DNA of 64,000 bases from Vulcanimicrobiota bacterium (GTDB lineage: Bacteria > Vulcanimicrobiota > Xenobia > Xenobiales > JADMJV01), in NCBI GenBank assembly GCA_050250895.1, contig JBFWNU010000004.1, positions 238,934 to 302,933 on the forward strand. The letters run 5' to 3'. The notes under the pieces were generated by a model. That model ran no database searches and had not been told where the DNA came from. It saw only the letters and a program-made list of their open reading frames with translations. Both the position numbers and the translations under genes were made by a program. The first letter of the stretch is position 1, and every line of letters begins with the position of its first letter. Shown here in pieces: positions 19,194 to 31,279 of the stretch.

Positions 19194-19574
19194 ATGGAGG
19201 ACACGACTCGCTTGATGCGCCATCTGCGCGCCCACGATTGCGGCTACACCCGCGAGTCGATGGCTTTGCTCGAGTCGCTATCGCGCGGACGGTTCGGTGT
19301 GACTCTGGCTCAACTTGAAGAGCAGCTCTGGCAAGAGACGAGTCGCGAAGAGAGAACGTTCCTGGCCTGTCTGGCCATCTCCATGCTGGCCCTCGTCTGT
19401 TCGATGTTGGGAATGGCCGTCGGGCCCGAGTTGCTGCCCGCCGCCGTGGGTGCCCTGACGGTGGCCTTCTACACCGCCTGGGCCAGCTGGCATCACCGCC
19501 GCGAAGCCGGTTCAAGACGACGCCGGGCTGAGCGGCTCAACAGCGAGCGCATCGTCCTGGCTCTAGCCGCCTAG
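19194..19574 (+). CDS. Small two-TM membrane protein
   Basis: Two hydrophobic helices. Start is 19194 (TATGCT 6 nt upstream) or 19152. Confidence 0.65.
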   Translation: MEDTTRLMRHLRAHDCGYTRESMALLESLSRGRFGVTLAQLEEQLWQETSREERTFLACLAISMLALVCSMLGMAVGPELLPAAVGALTVAFYTAWASWHHRREAGSRRRRAERLNSERIVLALAA

Positions 19575-20714
19575 CTCGACCCAGAGCCGCTGCAATCGTC
19601 TTAGCACCAGGTTCTGATCGCGCGGGGGGTCGCTCTCGCGCACCCGCATGCGAGGAAAGCGTCGCACCGTCTCTGCCAGGGCGATGCGTCCCACCAGCCG
19701 AGCCAGCACCGCCCCCACACAGTAGTGTCGCCCGTGACCAAAGGCCAGATGAAGATAGTGGGGACGATGGAAGTCGAGCTGGTCGGGATGTTCGAACTGA
19801 GTCGGGTCGCGATTGGCCGCGGCCATATAGAGGTTGACCACCTGACCCTCCCTGAACTCGTGCCCGTCCAGGCAAATCGTCTCGCGCACCAGCCGGGCGG
19901 CCACCTGCGAAGGGCTGTCAAAACGCAGGAACTCTTCCACTGCGTTGTCGATGAGATCGGGCTGGCGCACCAGCCTGATGTGGGCAGCCGGGTCGTTCAA
20001 GAGGGCCAGGAGTCCGTTGCAGATCAGGTTGGCGGTGGTGTCATGCCCGGCCAGCAGCAAGAGCGAGCACATCGACACTACTTCTGGCCGCTCCATTCCG
20101 GCCCCGAGCAGGGCCGGGATCAAGCCACGCGAGGTGGTCAAGAGGCGCTCGAAATAATCATTCATCTCGGCCACCGCGGCGTCGGCCGCGGCTAGCAATT
20201 CATCGCTTCGCTCGGCCGCTCCCACCAGGCTCGAGACCAGATGGCCCCAGCGATAGAACAGCGGCAGGTCCTGCCGAGGAGCGCCCAGGACCTCGGCCAT
20301 CACCAGCGCCGGCAGAGGCATCCCCAGCTGCTCTACCAGGTCGGCCTCGGCCTGCAGCCCATCGAGCAGACCTGCGACCTCGAGCCTGGTGCGTTCTTCT
20401 AGCGAGCGGATGAAGCGAGCCGAGAAGACCGAGGTGACCTGCTTTCGCAAGCGGGTATGCACGGGCGGATCGCGATAGAGAATCCAATAGGGAGAGGTGT
20501 GTTCAAAGGCGGGCAAGCGGACCCCGGAACCGGCAAACATTGGGAAGACTTCATTAGAGAGGCGGTCATCCTTGAGCAACAGGGCGTTCTCGGCATAACC
20601 CGTCACCAACCAGCCGAGTTGCTCGTCCCAGAGAATGGGGGCTTGCTCGCGCAATCGTTGGTAGACCGGGTAAGGGTCCTGAAAGAAGGAAGTCTCCAGA
20701 AACCAGGAAGTCAT
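19563..20714 (-). CDS. Cytochrome P450
   Basis: AGHDTT I-helix, EEFLR, AFGHGRHYCVG heme motif. Confidence 0.95.
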   Translation of the reverse strand: MTSWFLETSFFQDPYPVYQRLREQAPILWDEQLGWLVTGYAENALLLKDDRLSNEVFPMFAGSGVRLPAFEHTSPYWILYRDPPVHTRLRKQVTSVFSARFIRSLEERTRLEVAGLLDGLQAEADLVEQLGMPLPALVMAEVLGAPRQDLPLFYRWGHLVSSLVGAAERSDELLAAADAAVAEMNDYFERLLTTSRGLIPALLGAGMERPEVVSMCSLLLLAGHDTTANLICNGLLALLNDPAAHIRLVRQPDLIDNAVEEFLRFDSPSQVAARLVRETICLDGHEFREGQVVNLYMAAANRDPTQFEHPDQLDFHRPHYLHLAFGHGRHYCVGAVLARLVGRIALAETVRRFPRMRVRESDPPRDQNLVLRRLQRLWVELGG

Positions 20715-20774
20715 GACAACCTTTCAACGATTTTTCATGGGGCGGCGGTAAAGTATCGGCAGGAGGTTCGTAAA

Positions 20775-21179
20775 ATGCAGATCATCAATCACCGCGCCAA
20801 CTCTTACACGCCCCCCCAGGGTTCTCCCCCATCCGGAACCAACCCTTACGAGTTCCGTCCCCAGAACCCCACCGGACAGGCCCCGGCTGCTCCTCAATGC
20901 CCTTGGGACCAGCCCACTGAAACCTTTACTCCCTCCGCTTCGCCTTCGCCCTGCGCCCCCCAGAGCCTGGGCCGGGCCACCTGGAACGGCACCAAGAAGG
21001 GCGCCTTCTGGGGAACCGTCACCCTGGGCGCGGTCACCCTGGCCAGCGCCCTGGCCACCGGCCAGGTCGAGCCCCAGTTTTTACTCGAAGCCGGCGTTGG
21101 TGCCGCTTTCGGTGGTGCGCTGGTGGGTGGAGCCGTGGGCGGCCTGATCGGAGCCGGCAAGCACCTGATGGGCAAGTAG
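20775..21179 (+). CDS. Glycine-zipper membrane protein with Pro-rich N-terminus
   Basis: RBS AGGAGG; MQIINHRANSYTPP...; C-terminal GxxxG TM hairpin. Confidence 0.75.
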   Translation: MQIINHRANSYTPPQGSPPSGTNPYEFRPQNPTGQAPAAPQCPWDQPTETFTPSASPSPCAPQSLGRATWNGTKKGAFWGTVTLGAVTLASALATGQVEPQFLLEAGVGAAFGGALVGGAVGGLIGAGKHLMGK

Positions 21180-21250
21180 CTTTACAAAACGGCAACACTT
21201 TCTTGAGCCACTCCAAACTTTTCTCCAACCTCACCGACTAGGCTGGTGGT

Positions 21251-23122
21251 ATGACCAGCCTGCCTGTGTCCGTCGCCACCCCTTCTAGCCCCGCCCGAAC
21301 GCAACCGCGTTCGCTCGCCCCTACCCGAACCTCTAAGAGCGTCCCTACCTCGGAGGGTGTGGCCCTCTCTCCCGGGGCGGGCGGTCTGTTGGATGGCGGC
21401 ACTCAAGAGGCCAACTACCGCCACGACACCCAGGCCCTCGACGACGGCGGACGCCAGGAGACTTTCGAATACACCTCGCCCGAGGGCGAACTCTTTACCG
21501 AGGTCTATCGCTACGATGCCGACGGCAAGCTGGTCGAGCGCACTTTACGCCGCCTCGAAAAGGTTGAAAACCCGATAGAGCAAGGCAAGCCCGACGGTTT
21601 TGCCGACTTTCCCGACCTGTCGATGGAGACCACCATCGTCAGTCGTTTCGACGAGAACGGCGAACAGGTCGACGATATCACCAGGCGTGAGATTGTCGAT
21701 CGTCCCGACGGCAGCCGCACCGAGTTCGTCAACCACCAGGACTTTGACGGAAACACCACCTGGCAGCGGGTCGATACCTCCGAAGACGGCCAGGTTCGGG
21801 CTCGCGAGCCGCGCCCCACCCACCCCATGGAGGTCGAGGCTCCCCCACTAAAAGGCGAGGTTCCGGCCAGCCAGTTCAGCCGCGAGGAAGTCGATCTGCC
21901 TGGTGGCGGCTTTCGCCTGACCACACGATTCCAGGACCCGTTCAGCGGGCGACAAGAAAGCCAGCTGACCGTGTTCGATGCCGACGGCAACCCCACCCAG
22001 CGGGTCAGCGAATCGCAGCGGCAGACCGAAGTAGACCGAGACGTAGCCGGACTCGGCATCCTCGACGGCCTGATTCGCAATCCGCAGGGCCTGGTGGATT
22101 CGCTGGGCGAGGGGCCCCTCACCCAGACCGAAAGCAAGCAGAAAATCGAGACTTTCGGCCCCGACGGCGCCAGCCAGGAGGTCACTCGCGATCTGACCAG
22201 TTGGGATGACGCAAAGGGAACCCAGGTCCATCGCGTCGAGCAAGAAGGCCAGGCCACCCAGTGGAAGGTGGTCAAGCACGAGGGGGACCGCGAGGTCAGT
22301 CAGACCTTTGTGGAGGGTAGCGAAGACACCACCATCAGCGAGACCTACCTCGACGAAGATGGGTTCGAGGTGCAACACGTCCAGAGCACTACTCCCGACC
22401 TGGCTGAACAAGTCGGGGCGCCCCAGGTCTCGGACACGGTCGTGCGGGTCAAGCAAGGCGCCAGCCCCGACGACCTGCGCAAAATCATGGGCGACGAGGC
22501 CTTCGACAAGCTCAGCCCGCGGGTGCGCGACCTCATCACGTCGGGCCAGTTTCAGCTAACAGAACTTGACAGTCAGCAGCAATATCAGGACCACCGCCAG
22601 GATGTTCACGGGCTCGTCATCGCCGGGGCCGACGGACAGCGTCTGGCCCTCGACTGCGACCCCGAGACCGGAACCTGGAGCGAGTCTTCTCCCCCGGGTC
22701 TTGAGCAAACCGGGCTTGACCGTCCCGAAGAGGCGCCTCATTCGGGCTCTTCCTCGGGTCGCGCCGACGCCATCCTGGCAATCTTTGGAGGGACCGCCTG
22801 GGACAAACTCGCCGGCAGCGCCTCTCTGGCCCGCCAGGGTGGCGGCTTGATCTCGGTGCTGGCCACCACTCCCGGAGCCCACACCCTGGGCCAAGCTCTG
22901 GGTCTAGCCGGGTCGGGCTGGCTGGCCTTTGAGGGCGTGACCGAGTTGCTCGACGGCGATCCTTACCGGGGTGGCATCGACTTGCTGACCGGCGCGGGAG
23001 GCTTGATGACCACGGCCGGCATCGCTGGCCCCCTGGGTTGGATTGCGGTCGGTGCCGGCACCTGCCTGGGACTGGCCTACGACTATATGGACCGCCACCG
23101 CATCGCTGACCTGCAGATCTAG
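21251..23122 (+). CDS. Hypothetical protein with YD/RHS-like beta repeats and a C-terminal hydrophobic glycine-zipper region
   Basis: Repeats YRYDADGKL, RFDENGEQ, VFDADGNP, TFGPDG; hydrophobic Gly-rich C-terminus. Confidence 0.7.
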   Translation: MTSLPVSVATPSSPARTQPRSLAPTRTSKSVPTSEGVALSPGAGGLLDGGTQEANYRHDTQALDDGGRQETFEYTSPEGELFTEVYRYDADGKLVERTLRRLEKVENPIEQGKPDGFADFPDLSMETTIVSRFDENGEQVDDITRREIVDRPDGSRTEFVNHQDFDGNTTWQRVDTSEDGQVRAREPRPTHPMEVEAPPLKGEVPASQFSREEVDLPGGGFRLTTRFQDPFSGRQESQLTVFDADGNPTQRVSESQRQTEVDRDVAGLGILDGLIRNPQGLVDSLGEGPLTQTESKQKIETFGPDGASQEVTRDLTSWDDAKGTQVHRVEQEGQATQWKVVKHEGDREVSQTFVEGSEDTTISETYLDEDGFEVQHVQSTTPDLAEQVGAPQVSDTVVRVKQGASPDDLRKIMGDEAFDKLSPRVRDLITSGQFQLTELDSQQQYQDHRQDVHGLVIAGADGQRLALDCDPETGTWSESSPPGLEQTGLDRPEEAPHSGSSSGRADAILAIFGGTAWDKLAGSASLARQGGGLISVLATTPGAHTLGQALGLAGSGWLAFEGVTELLDGDPYRGGIDLLTGAGGLMTTAGIAGPLGWIAVGAGTCLGLAYDYMDRHRIADLQI

Positions 23123-23154
23123 GGTTTGGCCTGCCGGACGCCTAATGCCCGGCC

Positions 23155-24030
23155 ATGAAGATCCACGCCATCGACGGCACCTATGAACTCTTTCGCAACC
23201 ACTTTGGGGCTCCCTCGAGCCAACTGCCTGATGGGCAAGAGGTGGGAGCCACCCGCGGCTTCATGCGCTCGATGGTGGGCATGCTGCGCGACCCCGAAGT
23301 GACCCACGTCGGAGTGGCCTTCGACACGGTCATCGAGTCGTTTCGCAACCGGATGTTCGCGGGCTATAAGACCGGTGAGGGCATCGAGCCCGAGCTGAAA
23401 AGCCAGTTTCCCCTCATCGAAGAGGCGGCCGAAGCGCTGGGTCTGGTGGTCTGGCGCATGGTCGAGTTCGAGGCCGACGACGCCCTGGCCACCGTGGCCG
23501 CCCGCTTCGCCGATCAGGTCGACCAGGTGCTACTGTGCTCGCCCGATAAAGACCTGGCCCAGTGCGTCATCGGCCAAAAAGTGGTCTGCTTTGATCGGCG
23601 CAAGCAGCAGGTCATGGATGAAGGTGGGGTACGCGCCAAGTTCGGCATCGAACCAGCCTCGATCCCCGACTATCTAGGATTGGTGGGCGACACTGCCGAC
23701 GGCATTCCCGGCCTCAAGGGCTGGGGCGCCAAGTCGACAGCCACGGTGCTGGCCCACTATCGCCACCTCGAGGCCATCCCCGACGACCACGCCCAGTGGC
23801 AGGTGAAAGTGCGCGGCGGCGCGGGTCTAGCCGCGACTCTGGCCAGCGGGCGAGAGATTGCAATGCTCTATCGCGAACTGGCCCGGCTACGCCGTGACGT
23901 GCCCCTGGAAGAAGACCTGGCCGGGCTGGAATGGCGCGGCGTTCCCCGCGCCAGGTTCGAGGCGTTCTGCGAGAAGGTCGGCGAACGCGAACTGGTCAAC
24001 CGGGTCGAACGCTGGCAGTCGCAAGACTAG
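23155..24030 (+). CDS. 5'-3' exonuclease / flap endonuclease (Pol I N-terminal-like)
   Basis: AIDG, EADD, SPDKDL, GDTADGIPGLKGWGAK helix-hairpin-helix. Confidence 0.93.
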   Translation: MKIHAIDGTYELFRNHFGAPSSQLPDGQEVGATRGFMRSMVGMLRDPEVTHVGVAFDTVIESFRNRMFAGYKTGEGIEPELKSQFPLIEEAAEALGLVVWRMVEFEADDALATVAARFADQVDQVLLCSPDKDLAQCVIGQKVVCFDRRKQQVMDEGGVRAKFGIEPASIPDYLGLVGDTADGIPGLKGWGAKSTATVLAHYRHLEAIPDDHAQWQVKVRGGAGLAATLASGREIAMLYRELARLRRDVPLEEDLAGLEWRGVPRARFEAFCEKVGERELVNRVERWQSQD

Positions 24031-24048
24031 CTTTGCTCCGCCCGGCGG

Positions 24049-24186
24049 CGGGTGGGGCCAGGGCCGGCGGGCTGCAATCGCCCACCCCGGCAGGGGGATT
24101 TCGCCCACTCCGGGTGGGGCCAGGGCCGGCGGGCTGCAATCGCCCACCCCGGCAGGGGGATTTCGCCCACTCCGGGTGGGGCCAGG
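24049..24186. repeat. 62-bp tandem repeat (2 copies plus a partial)
   Basis: CGGGTGGGGCCAGGGCCGGCGGGCTGCAATCGCCCACCCCGGCAGGGGGATTTCGCCCACTC at 24049 and 24111, partial at 24173. Confidence 0.9.
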
Positions 24187-24350
24187 ACCTGCGGAGCGAG
24201 CCTAGACGTCGACTTCGTCGGCGTCGCCGGCCCGTTCCATCACGGGCAGGCCTCGGACTTTCGTCCTCACCACTACCACGCCGGCCGCTTCTACACGGCG
24301 GAAGCCGACGGCCTGGTGGTTTCCCAAGTCATGATCGATGCCTAGCAGCT

Positions 24351-24533
24351 CTAGAGCCTTCCAGGAAGCAGCGGTTCGGGGGGTGGCGGATACACGGAGG
24401 GGACTGGTCCGTCAGGCTGCTGTTCCTCTTCGCACTTGACCAGGAATACGGCGGCGCTCAGCGTCCCCGTCGCGAAAATCAAATCGGCCAAGAAGCGGCG
24501 TCGAGACTGGCGCTGAGGGGTGAAGGAGTTCAT
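24351..24533 (-). CDS. Possible small twin-arginine (Tat) lipoprotein-like ORF
   Basis: SRRRFL, a hydrophobic stretch, a Cys and a Pro-rich tail. Start poorly supported. Confidence 0.35.
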   Translation of the reverse strand: MNSFTPQRQSRRRFLADLIFATGTLSAAVFLVKCEEEQQPDGPVPSVYPPPPEPLLPGRL

Positions 24534-24586
24534 TCCTTGGCTACGCTGCCTCGATGGGTTCGGTTCAACCCCCTCGGAAGGCGTCG

Positions 24587-24820
24587 TTAGCCGTCGGCCT
24601 GGGCTTTTCGGCGCCTTCGCGCACGTTCGCGAATCCAGTTCTCGCGGTCGAGATTGGCCTCTTCCATCGAGCGGAACTTCTTGACCCCGCGGGGTATTTC
24701 GGGGCTGAACACTCTGCCCGCGTCCCACACGAATTCTAGCTTCGCAACGATGGTCTCCATATCGGTTGCTCTCGGTGGGTCGGGCATGTCTTCAACATCC
24801 CGAAACTTCTCGAGCGGCAT
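24587..24820 (-). CDS. Small protein, putative antitoxin/partner of the nucleotidyltransferase
   Basis: Starts 2 nt after the NTase stop. Internal repeat KFRDVEDM / KFRSMEEA. Confidence 0.7.
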   Translation of the reverse strand: MPLEKFRDVEDMPDPPRATDMETIVAKLEFVWDAGRVFSPEIPRGVKKFRSMEEANLDRENWIRERARRRRKAQADG

Positions 24821-24822
24821 GA

Positions 24823-25305
24823 CTATTCATCCTCCACTTCAGCAAAGTTCTGTCGCAGGGCCTCGGCATCGACCCGGTCCTTGGCCCTCACGGTATCCTT
24901 CTTCATTCGATATAGAGTCCTCGGAGTGGCCACCGGAACGGGGACGCCTCGTACCACCTTCTCCTCCGCTTCCAGATCCTGATAGGAAAAGGTTTCTCCC
25001 AGCCTCGCCAACAGGCGAACCACGAAGACCTCCTCGGGCGGACCGTAGCGTACGGTCGGATAGTCTCCAGCCAAATCGTCATAGGAAATCTCGTCGATAC
25101 AGGGATCGTCCCACAGACTTCTGAGAGCCGACCGCAATCGCTCGACGTTGTCCGGACTTGGCAGAACAAAGAGGTCAACATCCTCGGTGGCACGGGCCAA
25201 GCCCTGCAGGCCCAGGGCCAACCCGCCCACGAGAATGTAATCTACCTCGTGCTCGTGGAGAGCTTTGAGAAGCTCTACGGCTCGGTCGAAAGCCTTCTTT
25301 TCCAC
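24823..25305 (-). CDS. AbiEii/DUF6036-like nucleotidyltransferase
   Basis: ILVGGLAL...RATEDVDL...MK..TVRAKDRVD. Confidence 0.8.
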   Translation of the reverse strand: MEKKAFDRAVELLKALHEHEVDYILVGGLALGLQGLARATEDVDLFVLPSPDNVERLRSALRSLWDDPCIDEISYDDLAGDYPTVRYGPPEEVFVVRLLARLGETFSYQDLEAEEKVVRGVPVPVATPRTLYRMKKDTVRAKDRVDAEALRQNFAEVEDE

Positions 25306-25351
25306 AACTCTTTCTTTAGCCGAGCCGCTGAATTGGACCTGCGGAGCGAGC

Positions 25352-27252
<1,901 letters not shown>

Positions 27253-27253
<1 letters not shown>

Positions 27254-29673
27254 TAGAACAGTTCTCCTTGCTCAGGGCTGCTGGTGGGTGGGTCTTGCAC
27301 CCCCGGTGCTTCTTCGATGGAAGTCGATTCTGGTTCGGCCGACTCGTCGGCCAGGGCGGGCACCTCGAGGGGCTCGGGCACCACCTTGAGCAGCCCGCGC
27401 TTAACCACCGGAAAGCCTTTGCCTCCGCGACTGACCAGCTTCTTGCCCTTGATCTCGATCTCTTTGCCGCCCTCGTCGCGAATGACCGTCAGCGGGTCGT
27501 TGGGGTCGGTGGTCAGCTTGAGGCCAATCAAGCGGTCTTCCTTGGCCAGCTTCATCACCATCACGCCCTTGCCCGCTCCCGACAAGAAGTTGACCTCGTT
27601 GGCCATACACACCAACGCCCGGCCCATGCGGGTAGCCGCCAGCAGAATCTCGTCGCCCGCGCACAGCTTGACATCGATGATCTCTTGCCCGGCATTGTAG
27701 CGGGCGAACTTTCGCCCCGACTTGGTAGAGGGCTCGGCCAGCCCCGCCAGCGAGAAACGCAAGCCGCGCCCATCGCTGGCGACCGTCAAAGCGTGCAGAG
27801 CCGGTTCTTGCTCTTCGCGGTCTTCGATCCCCGGAGCAAAGCGCGGATCAAGCGACAAGGCCGCCACCACCCGCTCGCCGTCGGTGAAGTTAAACAGCGC
27901 CTGAATCGGGTCACCATAGCCCCGGGCCGAGGCCGGAATATCGTTGACCCGCACCGAGTAAGCCGTGCCGTAGTTCGAGAAAAAGACCATCGTCGATAGC
28001 GTCGAGCCGCGCAGCACCGCTTGCAGCTCATCGCCCTGGCGCAGCCTCACCTTGGACAGATCGCCCACCTTACCCACCCGGCGCACCCAGCCGTCGCGGC
28101 TGAGCAGCACAGTGGCGTCTTCGGCCACGATAAACGACTCTTCGTTGTAGGTCAGCTCTTCGGCTCCGCGGGCCAGAATCTTGGTGCGACGTTTATCGCC
28201 GAACTTCTCGCCCACCTCGCGCAGCTCGTTCTTGACTACACCCCACAGGCGCTGAGGCGAGTCGAGCAGGTTCTCGAGTTCTTGTTCCATCTTCAGCTTC
28301 TCATCGAGCTCGTCGAGCACGGCCGCGATATCGGGGCGCCCGAGCTTATACAGGCGCATATCCAGAATAGCATTGGTCTGTACCTCGTCAAGGCCGAAGC
28401 GAGCCATGATCTTCTCTTGCGAATCCTTGCGCCCCTCAGAGGTGCGGATGATCTCGAGAGCCTCGTCCAGGTCGGCGAAGACAATCTGAAAACCGCGCAA
28501 AATGTGAATACGCTCGCGCAGCAAGCGCAGCTCGTGAGCCAACCGGCGGGTCAGCACCTTGTAGCGAAAATCGTTGAAGTGACGCAGCATCGGCTTGAGC
28601 CCGATGCGATCGGGACGCACTCCGACCTGGCTGTGCTCGGGCACCAGGCAGGTCATATTCACGTGAAAATTCGTGCGCAGGTTCGTGTTCTTATACAGAT
28701 AGGCGAGCACCGTCTCGGGGTCGGCTCCGCGCTTGAGTTCGAGCACGATGCGCACGTCGTCGGTCGACTCGTCGCGCACATCGACCAGCTGAGGCACCTT
28801 GCGGTCGATGATAATCTGGCCGATCTCCTCGACCAGGCTCGACTTATTGACCATATAGGGAATCGACTTGATGATGATGGCCTGGCCTTTGCGCGGCAAC
28901 TCTTCGACCTCATACTCCCCGCGCAGGCGGATGCGGCCCTGGCCCTTCTCGTAGAGTTCGATCAGGCTGGCCCGATCTTCGAGAATCTCGCCCCCGGTCG
29001 GAAAGTCAGGGCCCTTGACCAACTTCAGCAGCCCGGCCGTATCCAGGTCGGGCTCGTCGATCAGCGCCACCGCCGCATCGATCACCTCTTTAAGGTTGTG
29101 GGGTGGAATATTCGTGGCCACCCCCACCGCGATGCCGGTGCAGCCGTTAACCAGCAGTTGCGGCACCCGGGTAGGCAGCACCACTGGTTCGACCGTGCTC
29201 TCGTCAAAAGTCGGACGAAAATCGACGGTCTCTTTCTCGATCTCGTCGAGAAAGGGCACGGCCACGGGCTCGAGGCGAGCCTCGGTGTAGCGATAGGCCG
29301 CCGCCGGGTCGCCGTCAAGCGAGCCAAAGTTGCCTTGACCGTAAATCAGCGGATAGCGCAAGGCCCAGGGCTGGGCCATCCGCACCAGCGCCTCGTAGAC
29401 GGCCGAGTCGCCGTGAGGGTGATAGTTGCCCAGCACCTGCCCCACCACCTTGGCGCACTTCAGGGTCTTCTTATCGGGCAACAAGCGCAGGTCGCGATAC
29501 ATCGTGTAGAGGATGCGCCGCTGCACCGGCTTGAGCCCGTCACGCACGTCGGGCAGGGCCCGCGAGGTAATGACCGAGACCGCGTAGTTGAGAAACCGGC
29601 TGCGCGTGACCTGGTGCAGGGGCACCTCGATAACCTTGCCGGGATCGTTGGGGTCGTGGCTGACTTTACTCAC
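27253..29673 (-). CDS. parC: Type IIA DNA topoisomerase subunit A (ParC/GyrA-type)
   Basis: [26 protein letters not shown], catalytic AAAYRYTE. No canonical GyrA-box at the start of the CTD. Confidence 0.85.
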
Positions 29674-29689
29674 TTACTCTCTCTCTCTT

Positions 29690-30097
29690 TCACCAGACGC
29701 TGACTAGAATTTTTCTTCGGCTGGGTCGATCACGGTGTTCCCATAGGTAGATTCCCTGCCAGGTGCCCAGGGCCAGGCGCCCGCTGCGCACCGGCACGTT
29801 CAGGCTCACGTCGGTCAGAATACTCTTGATGTGGCTGGGCATATCGTCGGGCCCCTCGTGGACGTGCTTGAAATAGGGCTGATTCTCGGGCACCAGCCGG
29901 TCCATGAAAGCCTCGAGATCGCCGCGGGCGCTGGGATCGGCGTTTTCGTTGATACACAGGCTGGCCGAGGTGTGCTGGATGAACACGTTGCACATGCCGT
30001 TGGTCACGCCGCTCTCTTGGACGGCGCCGGCCACCTGTTCGGTAATCTCGAAAAGGCCCCGCCGGGGGGCCGTCACGCTCAGTAAAGTATCAGTCAT
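29690..30097 (-). CDS. yjbQ: YjbQ / UPF0047 (secondary thiamine-phosphate synthase family)
   Basis: HTSASLCINENADP, EGPDDMPSHIK, LGTWQGIYLWEHR. Confidence 0.92.
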   Translation of the reverse strand: MTDTLLSVTAPRRGLFEITEQVAGAVQESGVTNGMCNVFIQHTSASLCINENADPSARGDLEAFMDRLVPENQPYFKHVHEGPDDMPSHIKSILTDVSLNVPVRSGRLALGTWQGIYLWEHRDRPSRRKILVSVW

Positions 30098-30456
30098 GAA
30101 GTCCGCTCTGGAGAAATTAGGCCCGGCTGGCTGAAAATCCTTCAACTTCGGGCTTCTCAAGCGCAGTATTAAGGGATCCGCGCCCCAATCTCCTGTCGAA
30201 CACCGTCGAACTTTTCGGGGGGTCCTTTAGCCAGTCACCGGGAATGACCCAGTGAGGGGGCTCTCGTGGCGCGTCCGGGAGCGAGGGTCTTCACCCCAAT
30301 AGTCCAACTCCCAATCAAGATCCTGGCGAGAATATCAAATCCACTCATAGTGCAGCCCCAAGCACTCCCACCCAGAAGCTCAGAGGACCGCGGGAGCCGC
30401 TGAAGAGCATTCTAGGTCGCTAAAGGTTCGAGGGGAAGAGGAGCGCGTGATAGGCG

Positions 30457-30873
30457 ATGAAGCTTAACTTGAGATCTACTTGTGGAAGAAGGCACATTCG
30501 TGGGGATGTGCGTCAGGATGGACTCGTCGATCTTCGACTTTCTGCGACAGATTTGGAGGACCGCCTGCTCTGGGAGAGTGAACTCCTCACGATTGCCATG
30601 GCACCGGGCGCACTCCAGTCGTTGAGAGAATTACTTTCAGAATGCGGTGCTACCTGGCGATCAGAGTCGTCGGTTAACTTGACCGAGGAGAGCAGTCTCA
30701 CTCAGGTCGAGATCCGACTAGCCTCAGAGCACCCTGATGTAATAATCGACGTAGGGAAGACCTTAGTTGCTATTAATGCGATGTCTTGGGGTCTTAGGCT
30801 CTCCTTCCATATGGTTGTTGACCCAAGTTGCCTTCGTGATTTCGAATCGCAGCTTTCCGTCTTGACGGACTGA
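30457..30873 (+). CDS. Low-GC orphan protein (cassette-like unit 1)
   Basis: Atypical A/T-ending codons; purine-rich RBS region; stop codon lies inside a shared trailer. Confidence 0.6.
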   Translation: MKLNLRSTCGRRHIRGDVRQDGLVDLRLSATDLEDRLLWESELLTIAMAPGALQSLRELLSECGATWRSESSVNLTEESSLTQVEIRLASEHPDVIIDVGKTLVAINAMSWGLRLSFHMVVDPSCLRDFESQLSVLTD

Positions 30874-31018
30874 AACGCCACCGGGGCGCTGACGGGCTCT
30901 TTGCCCAGAGAGTGTCGAACCTGAACAGCGCGCGGGACGAAGAACGGAGCGCGCCCGGCGAAACGGCTCAGCGACCCCCCGACTAGAAAAAGCTCAGCGG
31001 GGGCACTTCACGGCCAAC

Positions 31019-31172
31019 CTAGCCCGCTCGAGCCCATTCCAGCAGCCATTCCAATAGCCCGCTGTCACGCTCGCGTTCAAGCTCGCGCCCCCGGCGGTCG
31101 CGCCAGACCAGCCCTTCTGGAGCCACCCCGCTCACGCGCAGGATGCCCCGATGGATGTTCTTGTGGCAGTCC
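31019..31172 (-). pseudogene. C-terminal fragment of an HNH endonuclease (DUF222-type tail)
   Basis: CHKNIHRGILRVSGVAPEGLVWRDRRG resembles the CHxxxH end of HNH domains; N-terminal part is absent. Confidence 0.5.
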
Positions 31173-31279
31173 GCAAGGTGGAAAGATGCAAATACTAAGC
31201 CCAACCAGCGTGCTGCCAGAGGCTCTTCGGGAGTTCAGGTCGCAAGAACGATCAAGCTAGGCTGAGAGGAAGGAGGCGA

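Noticed and set aside
21214-21240. Sigma28 promoter CAAA-N15-ACCGACTA before 21251
   Set aside because: It overlaps a TAGGCT-N6-ATG leaderless signal that fits the window-wide pattern better; cannot be resolved from sequence.
24255-24275. Hammerhead ribozyme (minus-strand GTGAGGACGAAA)
   Set aside because: No CTGANGA core or matching stems nearby.
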